From: Mizuhopecten yessoensis
Taxonomy: Eukaryota
Assembly: GCF_002113885.1 (NCBI RefSeq)
Contig: NW_018405003.1
Span: 15,240-79,239, forward strand
Direction: 5' to 3'
Length of the DNA: 64,000 nucleotides
Position numbers and translations under genes: made by a program. Under the pieces are notes generated by a model. That model made no database searches. It was given only the letters and a program-made list of their open reading frames with translations, and was not told the DNA's origin. Shown here one piece after another: positions 1 to 12,773 of this stretch (positions are counted from its first letter, which is position 1; each line of letters starts with the position of its first letter).

Positions 1-1345
1 TCACTAGACTTCACCACACACTATAGACTTCCCCACATAATATACGTAGACTAGACTTCCCCACGCAGTATACACACTATAGATTTTCCCACACAGTATA
101 CACTGACTAGACTTCACCACATAGTATACACACACTAGCCTTCACAATACAGTTTACACACACTAGATTCTCCCACACAGTATACACACATTAGCCTTCC
201 CCACACAGTAAATAAACACTAGCCCTCACAACACAGTATACACACACTAGATTATCCCACACAGTATACACACTATAGACTCCCCAACACAGTATACACA
301 CACTAGACATTCCTACACAGTATATACACACTATACTTCCCTACACAGTATACACACACTATACTTTCCCACACAGTAAACACACAATATAGACTTCCCC
401 AAACATTAAACACACACTAGACTTCCAAACACAGTATATACACACTATACTTACCCACACATTAAACACACACTATACTTACCCTACAGTAAACACACAC
501 TATACTTCTCCACACAGTGTACACACACTATACTTCCCCACACAGTAAACACACACTATAGACTTCCCCACACATTATACACACACTAGACTTCCAAACA
601 CAGTATATACACACTATACTTACCCACACATTAAACACACACTATACTTACCCACACATTAATCACACACATTTACATACACACAGAGTAAACACACAAT
701 AGACTTCCCAGCACAGTATATACACACTATACTTCCCCACACAGTATACACACAATATACTTCCCCACACAGTAAACACACACTATAGACTTCCCCACAC
801 ATTATACACACACTAGCCTTCCAAACACAGTATATACACACTATACTTACCCACACATTAAACACACACTATACATACACACAGAGTAAACACACACTAG
901 ACTTCCCAGCACAGTATTTACACACTAAACGCTCTCATACAGTAAACACACACTAGAGTTCCCAACATATTATACACACACTAGACTTCCCCACACAGGT
1001 TACACACTATAGAATTCATCACAAATTATACACCACACACTAGACTTCCCAACACAGTATACACACACTAGATTCTCCCACACCGTATATACACACTATA
1101 GACTTCCCAATACAGTATACTCACAGGACTTTCCAACACATTATACACACACTAGACTTCCCAGCACATTACACACACTATATACTTCACCACACATTAT
1201 ACACACATTATACTTCCCAACACAGTATACACACTATAGACTTCCCCACTCAGTATACATACACTAGACTTTCCCACAAAGTATACACACACTAGAATTC
1301 ACCACACAGTATACACACACAAAACATCCCAACACAGTATGCATA
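1..1345. repeat. CA-rich minisatellite, ~28-bp unit (CACACAGTATACACACACTAGACTTCCC) with 30-bp variants; runs off the window start
   Basis: The AGT motif recurs at 123, 151, 179, 207 (28-bp steps). About 45 degenerate copies. The + strand is strongly C/A-biased. Confidence 0.95.
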
Positions 1346-3697
1346 TACCAGGCTTCCCTAAATTATATTTATTGGATTATGTTACTTCGACCTAATTTCC
1401 ACAATTTGCAATGCACTACTGGTCTTAAACCTACCCTATATTGTATATGGATGTATATATATAGTATGAGGAACGGTAGGAATGACACACTGTATGTCTG
1501 GTGTCATTAACCCTAAACCTGTATTATTTCTGATACTTCTAGTCCTTCCGTCATCATTCTACCCTAGAATAGAGACACTTAGGTAATTTAATCGATCTGT
1601 TCCAAACTACTGTTTATAATGCTCTTATACTTAATGCATTAGACGAACACTCACACTGGTAAATTCGGGAATCTTGAAATATCTGCCTAATGACATTTTT
1701 CGATTAGGACCTAATGCTTTTTTTCAGCTAATCGTTATATATAAATGATATGATCTGAAGTATAGGAACGTCGGCCGTATCTTTCAGTCTGAGGTAACTG
1801 TGTTGGTCTACGGTTAAATTTCGTCCAAACATCTTAAACAACTAAGGACGGCATGTATAAAGTGAATACCCAATAGTTTTGCCGATTACCAAGACATACG
1901 CTTGAGATATTTTTTGGTGCAATAAATTGTTCTTAAATACAAACACATGCTTTAAAATGTTTACCATACCATGAAAATAACTTTCAACACTACAAGAGAT
2001 CATTTGACTATTTATTGACCATACCAAAAGAAACTGTTGATTATTTTGCGTAGGGGTGCGGAAAAAAGTTCTAATTCGTTCAACTGGGGAACAAAAGCAA
2101 TGGTCTTCACGTGGGTAGACATACCGAACCTATAAAATTCATACAAAAAAATGTTCGTCTGTATCTCTGTCTGTAGGGTATGCAAAGTCGTCATCAAAAT
2201 CGTGGTTTCTCTTTGCGCTGTTACAATTAACAATTCCCGATAAGGTCATTCAGAATATCAGTAAATGGCATATTACGCTACAATGCTATTTGGATGTAAA
2301 AATGTACCGAAGGATCCCCCTCATTTCGTGGTGTCAGGACAGTTACACTTATGGCTACAAGTGATTACATTCTGCCCATATCAATTACCAATCGAAATGC
2401 TATAAAACAACGAAGACGTCAGCATTACCGTCAACAATTACTTAATCCCAGTTTCCGGAAACCTCCTACATATTGCCAATTAATGTGTGTAATGGAGGAT
2501 GTATAGCTGATCAAAACGAATCGCGTGCTTTATTCCCCCTTTGAGATAGGGTAGCGGTAAAAACCCGGTAGTGACAGTTACATTGACTGTATGTCTGTCC
2601 ATTCTCCGATCTTATCGAACAGATCACCTCCCACGCAATAGCCATGTAACGCCGCCACTGCTTATAAATACTTTCAGGCGAGTCAAGTAGTTATCTCTGT
2701 TTCACGCTAGTGAGAATCCGGTTTTTTCTAGGAATCCCTGCAGACTACACAAGCCAGCTCAGCCCTCAATATATATTGTAGCAGAAAGACATCAGCCTCA
2801 AGCTGTCCAATAATTTTGATAAAGAGCTGTCTTATCTAGGCTTAGTCTCTAGTATCCATTAGCTGTTTCATAGTTTTCAAATTTGCTCCATATCATCGCG
2901 TCAAACACAAACTACCTAATTTTCGTTGACTATACTTGCGTTCTATATTCTTATCACACAATGCATTGTTACAGTATGTAGTAAATATTTAAAGAATTTT
3001 AATCGGTAATGACTCTGCCTAATCCACTTGTATATATGTTACTATAAAATAAAATTAATTGTAGTAATATACCTTATCTTTATGAAGGTTTAAATGATAC
3101 TACATAATAAAAATATTGCTTTTCATGTTTTTCGTCGTGACATGGTAAGGAACTCCGAGATTGTTGCGACAAATAATTGATATAGGTTTGTTAATCAGAT
3201 ATAATGTGATAAAAAAAAAGATATTAAATGATATTTATATTCAACTGGAAACTCACCCAAAATGAGTATTTATATAATTGTTTATGAAATATCGAGATCT
3301 ACGTTTTAATTTGTATTCGTCTAAGTCTCTCCGAAAATAAAATCTTGAAGGCATATTTTACAAATCGCTTAAAATGGAGGCGTTAAGATTTATTTTTGCT
3401 TGCCTACTGGACACTGATATTCTCGTTTTAAATCTGCCAAAATAATGTATCCGGACCTCGGATATGAATAACGGACTATGTCACGTGCTGTACAATGAAA
3501 CTACGGGTAATATGACGTCACGAACGTGCAATGTAACTGCTAAAACGTGATAATACAGCAGAATCTTTACCATTCGGTTGAGATTCCCGTGTATATACCC
3601 CCCACAGAGCTGATTTATTCTGTTCGTGAAACTGTAAAGACCGGGGATGGGGGCTATTCTTTAAGTTGTTATATGTTAGATACAATTGTAACCTTGT

Positions 3698-4646
3698 AAC
3701 ATGCCACAAACACCTTGGTGTCTTTATTTCGTCTAATGGAGGGTGGACTGATCATGTTCAGTATATAATTAACAAAGCTTCAAAAAAAATAGGCCTCCTA
3801 AGAAAACTGAAATTTACTATTGACAGAAAAACGCTTCTAACTATTTATTTTACTTTTATTCGACCTTTGTTAGAATATGGTGACGTGATATGGGACAATA
3901 TAACGATAGGCCAAAGCCACCTGATAGAAAATATTCAACTCGAAGCAGCCAGGATTGTAACTGGGGCTACTAAATTTACAAGTCATGAGAGATTGTATTT
4001 AGAAACTAGTTGGGACTCTCTTATTGAAAGAAGACGAAAACAGAAAATAACACAACTTCATAAGATTGTTCATGGTCAGTGTCCCTCCTATTTAACTAAC
4101 ATACTCCCCGCTCGTCATTCTGACATTCATTCTCACGATACTAGAAACGCGAATAAATTCTGTCAAATAAGATGTCGTACTAAACTCTATAAAGATTCTT
4201 TTCTACCTGCCTCTGTTGACTTATGGAATGCTCTTCCGGATGACGTTAAGGATAACCCATCACTCACTAACCTTAAGAAGTCCGTGAAAGTCGACTATCA
4301 TCACAATAATCGTGTTCCATCCTATTACTATTACTGCAAAAGTAGATTTGGCCAAATTCACCACGATCGACTGAGGATGAACTGTAGTTTCCTTAAAAAT
4401 CACTTATTTTTACGTAACTTAGTTGAAAGTCCCATGTGTTCTTGTAACCGTTCTGCTGAAACTACTGAACTCTTTCTCCTCTTTTGTCCTAACTTCGAAC
4501 AATTAAGATTACAATGTTTTAGAAATCTTCCTCATGGGAATAATTTAAATCTGCTGCTGTATGGAAATCCTGATATGCCAGATCAATATAACTTAAATAT
4601 GTTTGACTCTGTCCAACAATCTATCTGTCAGTCGAAACGATTTTAG
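3698..4646 (+). pseudogene. Truncated LINE ORF2 (RT thumb and C-terminal domain; endonuclease and RT catalytic core absent)
   Basis: Open frame of ~315 codons starting just before the KHLGV motif. The ORF-track start at 3666 lies in flanking DNA upstream of the TSD. Confidence 0.85.
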
Positions 4647-4941
4647 TGCAAGACTTATTTATTTTATTTTATTTTTATGTAATTATTGCGTTTGTTTAAA
4701 CATATGTACATTGACTTTGAAACCTATGTTGTTCGACAACACTTGTGACATGCCAGTATGATATTTAGAATTAATGAGTTTTGTAGATACTGGAATTAAT
4801 ATAGAATACAACACTCTTGCATTTTTCAGGATATCAGTATACTTTTTACTCATTAGGGTTACCTTTTCATGAATCACATTCCAACCAGATTCAATTAAGT
4901 AATGCAGTACTTCTCGTTATTCTCTTCATAACCACTTTCTN

Positions 4942-4970
4942 CCACCACCACCACCACCACCACCACCACC
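4942..4970. repeat. (CCA)n microsatellite in the LINE 3' UTR
   Basis: About 9 CCA units directly after a single N. Confidence 0.9.
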
Positions 4971-5209
4971 CCCGATTTCTTCTTCTTCTCTTTGTCTGTT
5001 ATACTATCAAAATATATGTAACAGTGCCGTCCTACTACCAGGTTTATTAATAAGGAGACGAATTAATATAAGTACTTATGTACTTGTTTTCGAATCCTCT
5101 TTGTAGATTTTGTAATATTTTGTCACTGCCATATATCGAATAAAAGACTGTTTAAACTAACCTTGTCAATTCGGATGAGAAATGTCAATATTACCCCCGA
5201 CCACGACAT

Positions 5210-5705
5210 ATAAGGATCTCTGCTTTACCTCTCGAAAAAACACTAGAGAATCGCACTGTATTTTTCCCACATAGTGTAATCTCCCCCTAATTTCGTTTCA
5301 GATATAATCTCCCCCTAATTTCGTTTCAGATATAATCTCCCCCTAATTTCGTTTCAGATATAATATCCCCCTAATTTCGTTTCAGATATAATCTCCCCCT
5401 AATTTCGTTTCAGATATAATCTCCCCCTAATTTCGTTTCAGATAAAGCCGGAGTGTGACTGGGCCAGAGTGATAGCTTACATCAGGAAGAGCAGTTGGTT
5501 TTAGCGGCAGTATCATGATCGAAGGTCAATGGTTCGAATCTTGGTCAGCCACATTGCATTTTTACACGCAGGATATTTTCGTAGTTTTTTTCCATGTCAT
5601 AATTATGTTTTCATAAAGTGACGATTTGTCAAACTATATTTATGTTTGTAAAAAAAGATTTTATGTATCGACAAAGATGTTTGGCAGTGGTGTGGGGATC
5701 CTTAA
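5210..5705 (+). mobile_element. Kolobok-like non-autonomous DNA transposon (MITE), copy 1, carrying a tRNA-like segment
   Basis: Termini ATAAGGATCTC ... GGGGATCCTTAA form imperfect TIRs (TTAA then purines). B-box GGTTCGAATC at ~5531. Homologous to 15021-15375 in the opposite orientation. Confidence 0.65.
5277..5444. repeat. 28-bp minisatellite (AATCTCCCCCTAATTTCGTTTCAGATAT) x6
   Basis: Near-perfect copies at 28-bp spacing (CTCCCCC at 5281, 5309, ...). Confidence 0.97.
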
Positions 5706-6856
5706 GATGTATATTGAAATTAATTACAAGTGGCTATGACGTAGGTCCTGTCTATCAAATCTGAGGTCTAGTTGTAATTAAGATTAAAACTATATACGCA
5801 AAGCCGAAGTTGCTATATTTACACCTTAAATACAAACGAGTATTTACATTTTGACAGAAAAACAAAGAATTGCAAACCTCGGCCTGTTAAGTATGCATGA
5901 GTTATGCCGGTACAGCCATTACTAGATCTGATTGGAGTTTATGGCGTTATGATACAAGACGCAAATGGTATAAATCGCTTTACATCTGTTAAGAGTAATT
6001 GACGTCACGACAATGATAGGTCAGGCGCGATAACTTGATATTTACTCAATGAAAATAACTCTGCTTTATTGGCCGTATAAAGGGTATGGCCGCCAGACAG
6101 CGAATATCGATAGTGTCAGTCGACGGTGGCGGGGGATGGCGGCGGAGGTGTGGCCAATGGCGTCACAATCGCTGCGCCGCCATTTACATTTTACAGATAT
6201 AATAACTTTTTTTTAAGTGTTCGTTTATATTGAAAATAAAAAAGTCATGATATGAATAAAATTTATTGCATTTCTGTGTCGTCAGTGTCAAGTGTCATGT
6301 CCTATTGTTATAGGAAAAAACCGGATAGGTTCTTTTTTTTCACCTGGTCCCACTAACGGCGTGCCTAAGTTGACAGTCTCCACAGAGTCAGTGTTATAGT
6401 ATATCAGTGATCTTAATATGACAAATTTTACGTATCTGATCGAATTCACCTTCGAGCTTAACCGTACAGATTACCTACAAGATCGTCGATTATGGTTTTA
6501 AATGGTTGATGATTTCAACATATAACATCGAAATAAACAACATGTACGCTTCCGGGGTTTCCTACAGGAGTGGCTTCGATCTGTACTGGAAGACTAATAT
6601 TTTAAACGAAACGGCAATATGTCACGATTTTATCAGATGCTTCATTGGAACTAAGAAGCGATTATTGACGTTAGTTATCAGCCATCCTCAAAATATAACG
6701 TTAATCTGTGACATGTTCGCCCCCTCGTTATGCATATTATGAATACGAAAAGTTTATTTTTTTCTAGAAAATAAACATTATTTTGGTGTATACTAAAACA
6801 AAATACCTTCTTCATCACAGTCTTACGTGAAATAAAATGTTCCAATCAGTTACATG

Positions 6857-6965
6857 TATACAATAAAACCTCGTTCAATTGCCACCATTCATCCAGAGAA
6901 CTTTTGGCGTCATAAAGGGGTTTGACGATAAATTGAGGGAAATCATGTCGAGGTTTTATTGTATA
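6857..6965. repeat. Perfect 17-bp inverted repeat (TATACAATAAAACCTCG / CGAGGTTTTATTGTATA) with ~75-bp spacer; probable core of a palindromic non-autonomous element
   Basis: Arms at 6857-6873 and 6949-6965 are exact reverse complements. Confidence 0.75.
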
Positions 6966-7291
6966 TCTATTGAAATAGATTTAAGATACGAGGAAAATCA
7001 ATTAAATAAGACTACCCTTTCATAGATATTATGACATGAAGGACAAACACGTTATAATATTACATTTACCCCTCTATGGAACCGCTACTATAAAACCTAA
7101 CAAAGCTAGATTGAATTCATATCAGCTTTAAGTGCCACGTCTACATGGTGATGTCATCGCTGTCATGACGTCATAATTGTAACTTTGGATACCACTGACC
7201 TCCCTTGAAGATGATTATGATATTGATTAATAAGCAAATATTACACATACACTTATTTTAGCCTGGTGTTGGTATATCAGTATTGAACAGC

Positions 7292-7386
7292 TTTCAGTTG
7301 GCAAGTATAGTCAAGGCATATCGTGCTTAAGCGCACATGGTCACGTTCACACTGGCATTTATATTGACAATGAGTGCCAACTGAAA
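7292..7386. repeat. 12-bp inverted repeat (TTTCAGTTGGCA / TGCCAACTGAAA); probable palindromic element core
   Basis: Arms at 7292-7303 and 7375-7386. Confidence 0.6.
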
Positions 7387-10300
7387 ACATTCCAATGGTT
7401 AATTAACGTGATGGATTAATCAAATTTCACTTACGTCGAAACTTAAGCAAGTTACAGTGTCTACATAGAAGAGGTTCCAGTGAGACGGGCAAGGGTTTAG
7501 CATGAGCATTTATCAGCATTGCTCCTAATAAAAGTAACAAGTACGATATATAATATACTGACTATATGACTTCAGTCGTAAAAAGAGAATAAAGCAACAA
7601 AAAAATGTTTTCATTTTTGAAGTTACCGAAATACTTAAGGATTGACCTTCAGTTTGACGGCGTATACGGTAGTATGAACGCAGTTGGCAACGGACATATT
7701 CTTTACGGAGCACGTTTTCTTCATAAACATAAAGTTTATACCAAAGAGTCAACAGATCTGTAAGTCGAAATCCGAATCGATAAAGATAGATATAAATATG
7801 AAGAAAGGAAAGATATACATGACCACTGCAACAGTACAGTCTAGGTAGAATCAGAGTAATGGCGCGTCCTCAAAACAATATTATTTACAGAACGACTTCT
7901 TAGTCACATTTTTGACGTTGATACATCTGTGGTTGTTATAAAGTTATACAAATTAGGATAATATAAAATCTTACTTTTTTTATTATTGATTTATTTTATT
8001 TAGTAGCAGGAAGTTCCTTTGTACACGATATCAATATGTTAGTTGTTCGGTGCCATTCAAACTATTCAAACTAAATATAAACTTTTTGTGCAGAGCTCAA
8101 ATTTAAAAAAAATGGTTTTGTTGTATTTCATGTGTTTCCCATTAAATATCAAAATACAGATAAAAAATTAAGAATAACTGTCTTGAATATGGAGGTTAAT
8201 TCACTTCTAAGAGAGCGCCAGCACGATTGAATATATAAAAAATAATCTTCCAGTCACAATAGATTATTAATATGAATTAAAAAAACTTCCATTAATATAT
8301 CAACCATTAAAACACTACAATAAATTCCGATAGATGTTTACAAGTTACATATGTAATCGCAAGTACTACCAATTAAAATACGACAACAGGTGACAAAATG
8401 GTCATTAAAATAATTTTACAGCACACGCTGACAATACGTTTGAGGTGATAGACCCTTATAATACATGTTACTTACATGTATGTATATTCTTTGTGTTTTC
8501 GGTACACATTAATAACATGTTATACCAAATTCATTATATCTTATCTTTCACTGGATGTATTGTGTAATAAAACATAACATATAATTGTGGTGATTGGTTA
8601 TGATAAAGGTTTAAAATACGAGCGAGGTTAAGCCATTAGAACATACTGCTCCATAGCACTGCCAACAACGGTACTACAGCTTTGATTATTTCTCTGCAAA
8701 GACACCCATACATTGTAGGACATTCATAAAGAGTAAAAAAAACAGCAGAGCAGACCACAGTCGTGGTTCTTCCTGGTCAACGACAGTTGCATGGTCCAAT
8801 TGTGATACAACTGTTATATAAAAACTGAGTTAAAGAGAGGCTACTATGCATACAAAATAGAGAGTGCAATTGTAATCAGTTTCCATTACAAACTTATATA
8901 TATATAGCAAGTTATGTATGCCTATATTTCCATGCTAATGCAATAGCTCATCAAAGTGTTTAACAATCGTTCCATCAATGATAGAACATGATCGCGTATA
9001 CGTTCTGAATGGTGAATCGACAAGGCTCTCAGACAATTCATATATTCATGAGTAAATAATGAAGCAGACGTATAAGGTCTGTTTGTCTGTCCAGAAGACA
9101 ACGATAGAAATCCCCGCTTATGCAGTTATCTTTACATCAATTTCATATTACATCGTAATTCAATAAGATGTCGGAAGACCAACGACTATAAAAAGTTTTG
9201 GGGGTAGATTAAAGGAAACAAGATTTCTTTTCCAGCATTTGAGTCGAAGATTGCTGGCCATGACACCTTTCCTATCCTTCATATTTAAGGAAGCTTATAA
9301 CTCAAGTCACCTTTTAAACCCTGCATGTTAAAGGTGAAGTATTGCACATGGCACATTTTCTATTTTTCAAGTTTGGGGTGGATCAGTTGCTCAGGGCACA
9401 TTTTGTATCCTTAATTTTGATGGTATTTTTATCCTTTTTTTCTTCTACGAAATCGGAACTAAAACTAAGCCAAACCATTGACTGTTTTGTTTGTCCTCTG
9501 ATTAGGAGACAATGCGAAGACTGTTATTGATCTGCCGCCTACATTTACTTTATCTCGGATCATTATCTTTTCATTTTTTTTCTCTAATTGATTTTGGCAG
9601 TGTCTCTTCTGAATCGGGGCCATATATGTTTTGGCGACTTTAAACTCTGCATAAACAAATATACAAGGCTGTACACAGCTAGATGAATAAGTAGGTCAAT
9701 GAAGAGTTTATACATTGCACATTTATGTTATGAGTTCATAATTCTACACAAGGAAAAAAATATTGCCCACTGCAGGTTACACTTTTATATCTTGTTATGT
9801 TTAGAAAAAATGATTTGATAAATCTTTTGTATCCAATATAATGTGAATTACAATATTCCTTTATGTTTACCTTGATCTTTTTGACTCTGTGAATAATTTG
9901 TGTGAACAGGTTTTTATGTGTATTTTGTTTTGGTTCTAATTAAAGTTTAAAATAGAACTGTTTAATGCAAAGTTTTGACAGAACTGGGTTCGATCTGATT
10001 CCGATGATTCCACGCGACGTTTGGACAGCCAATACGATTATTATTTGATTTTTGGCTGATTGATGTTTGGTCGGCGACAACTCTGTGGTTTGATTGTCTC
10101 GTTCATTGTGTGAGTTGTCGGTCATTGTCCACTCATCATCTTTCGTTAAACGTATCTGTCTGATAACAATTCAATCGTTCCCTGTCCTATATAGTTGGCC
10201 CAACTTTTCCTCTGCGGTATCCCTTAGCTGTTTGGCTATCAAACCGCCTAATTGGCTGATAACCCGACGTTACTGATATTGTCTACTTTGATACACAATA

Positions 10301-11694
10301 ACCTACAATGTTATACAATGTATATAGTTTGTACACTCTATCAACGTTAATTATATCTACCCTGGGAGAATCGTTTGATCTTCTGTAATAACCTCGACTT
10401 ATTACACCCCCTTACTACGGGGAGGTACTATCACGAACCCATTCATTGCATCATAGTTATAGCGGAGGTCGGTTTTAGAGGGGTTAAAACAGTCCAACGA
10501 AACGTAACCTTTGCGATGACCTTGAACCTTTAAAGATAACACTTGACCTTGTTTGTGGTCCGTGACTGTTATCTGACTTACATCCAACAGGTTGACAAAG
10601 TCGCTATTATCTGTGTTGTATGTACACATCTCATTCATTAAAAGATAGAAGTGGTGGGACATGTAATAATGTATTTCGCACGTTCACACAAATAGTCTAT
10701 AGTATAAACAGCGACACTTTTTATCGAGCCTAGTTCGCTTTATGTCACATTTATTCAAATATTAAAATTAAGATTTCTTCTCATTTTTTCACACAATTGA
10801 TAAATATTTTATTATCACCGTTTTATCTAGTAGTGATCTTTTTGAATTCTTCAAAATTTGTTTCAATTTTTGACTTTGATAATGATTAATATATCAGTTG
10901 TTTGAATATTGTTTTATTTTTAAAGTTAATATATTATCATTGACAAAAATCTCACAACTGATATTTCCTATATAGCGAGGCGTGTGTAGGCTACATGGCC
11001 TATACTATCTGGGCGGCACTGCCGAATTGTGCATGCACGCTACAGACATAGTTGTGGTAGATGCAAAAATGCATTAATTCTATGGTTAAAATTCAGGTAA
11101 ATTAATTAGCTTAACGATTGCAATTTTAAAAATTTACATATTTTTTAAATGAATTGTGCAAAAACAGTAAACAACATATTATAATATTGTTGTCAAATAG
11201 CTTTCTATTTTGAATCCAGATCATCTAAGATTCATTTTCATTTTGTTGTAATGGTTTATAAGATGATAGAAAATAAGTTTGGTCGTTAAGCATTCTAAAC
11301 TTAAATAATGTTTATCAAATGCAATCTTGATATCAAATGATTATCGAAAATACTTGAGGACTGTTTCTTGGTCTATATCATTGAAGTTTACAATTAACAC
11401 TATTTTGTGCATTTTTTAGGTCTTGGTAACGATTTTTGAAAAGGTTATTCTCTTAACTTTTATGATATTTTATGTAAACAACATGTGTCTGTTTCTTGTC
11501 GTGTGACATATGCGTGTACTTAGTGCAAGCATACTTTGTTGTCAATCACGTTTTCATAAAACGTTCATCGTGTCATGATGTTTTGGGAAGAAATGTCTTC
11601 ATCAAATCAATAATTGTTTTTTAATTCTAAAAAATTGGATTTGATACCTTTGTAACTATTTGTAGAGTTTAAGAGTGATATCAACATAACACTC

Positions 11695-12773
11695 GCTTAT
11701 TTTGAATTGATTTGAACAAACAATTGTTTATTTAGAATTGATTTGAACAAACAAATGCTTATTTTGAATTGATTTGGACAAACAAATGCTTATTTAGGAT
11801 GGATTTGAACAAACAAATGCTAATGCTTATTTTGAATTGATTTGGACAAACAAATGCTTATTTAGAATGGATTTGAACAAACAAATGCTAATCCTTATTT
11901 TGAATTGATTTGAACAACAAAATCATTATTAAGAATTGATTTGGACAAACAAATGCTTATTTAGAATTAATTTGGACAAATGAATGCTTATTAAGAATTG
12001 ATTTATACAAACAAATGTCCAAAAAGAATTGATATGAATAGCAAATGCTTAATTAAAATTGATTTGGACAAGCAAATGCTGATTTAGAATGGATTTGAAC
12101 AAAAAAATGCTTATTTAAAATGGATTTGGACAAACAAATGTCGATAAGGAATTGATATGAACAGCAGATGTTTATTAAGAATTGATTTGAACAAACAAAT
12201 GCTTATTTAGAATTAAATTGAACAAACAAATCCTTATTTTGAATTGATTTGGACAAACAAATGTTCTTTTAGAATGGATTTGAACAAACAAATGCTAATG
12301 CTTATTTTGAATTGATTTGGAAAAACAAATGCTTATTTAGAATTGATTTAGACAAACAATGTTTTTCAGAATGGATTTGAACAAACAAATGCTGATGCTT
12401 ATTTTGAATTGATTTGGACAAACAAATGTTTTTCAAGAATTGATTTGAACAAACAAATGCTTATTTAGAATTGATTTGAACAAACAAATGCTAATCCTTA
12501 TTTAGAATGGATTTGAACAAACAAATGCTTATTTAGAATGGATTTGGACAAACAAATGTCCATTAGGAAGTGATATGAACAACAAATGCTTATTTAGAAT
12601 TTATTTGGACAAACAAATGCTTATTTAGAATTGATTTGGACAAATAAATGCTTCATAAGAATTGATTTGAACAAACAAATGTCCATAAAGAATTGATATG
12701 AACAGCAAATTCTTATTAAAAATTGATTTGGACAAGCAAATCCTTATTTAGAATTGATTTGAACAAACAATTG
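11695..12773. repeat. 31-bp minisatellite (GAATTGATTTGAACAAACAAATGCTTATTTA), ~34 copies, some units with a short ATGCTA-type insertion
   Basis: Obvious tandem periodicity across 1.08 kb. Confidence 0.97.

Larger units (their letters stand above)
3698..5157 (+). mobile_element. 5'-truncated non-LTR retrotransposon (CR1/L2 group), ORF2 C-terminal part plus 3' UTR
   Basis: ORF 3666-4646 has KHLGVFIS..WTDHV..IINKASKKIGLLRKLK..IRPLLEYGDVIWD..LWNALP and a C-terminal Cys motif. The 3' end reads AATAAAAGACTGTTTAAAC. Direct repeat TAACCTTGT at 3689-3697 and 5158-5166 (TSD). Confidence 0.92.

Noticed and set aside
659-865. 68-aa Cys/Val-rich ORF
   Set aside because: It is a translation of the CA-rich minisatellite.
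4817-5050. Poly-His ORF
   Set aside because: It comes from a (CCA)n microsatellite beside an N in a LINE 3' UTR.
5480-5555. Functional tRNA gene
   Set aside because: A B-box is present but I cannot fold a cloverleaf, and it lies inside a TIR element. The tRNA-like segments at ~15210, ~17800, ~22600 and ~35810 are likewise repeat-derived.
11695-12773. CRISPR-like array or coding repeat
   Set aside because: No spacers, the period is not a multiple of three, and there is no ORF.
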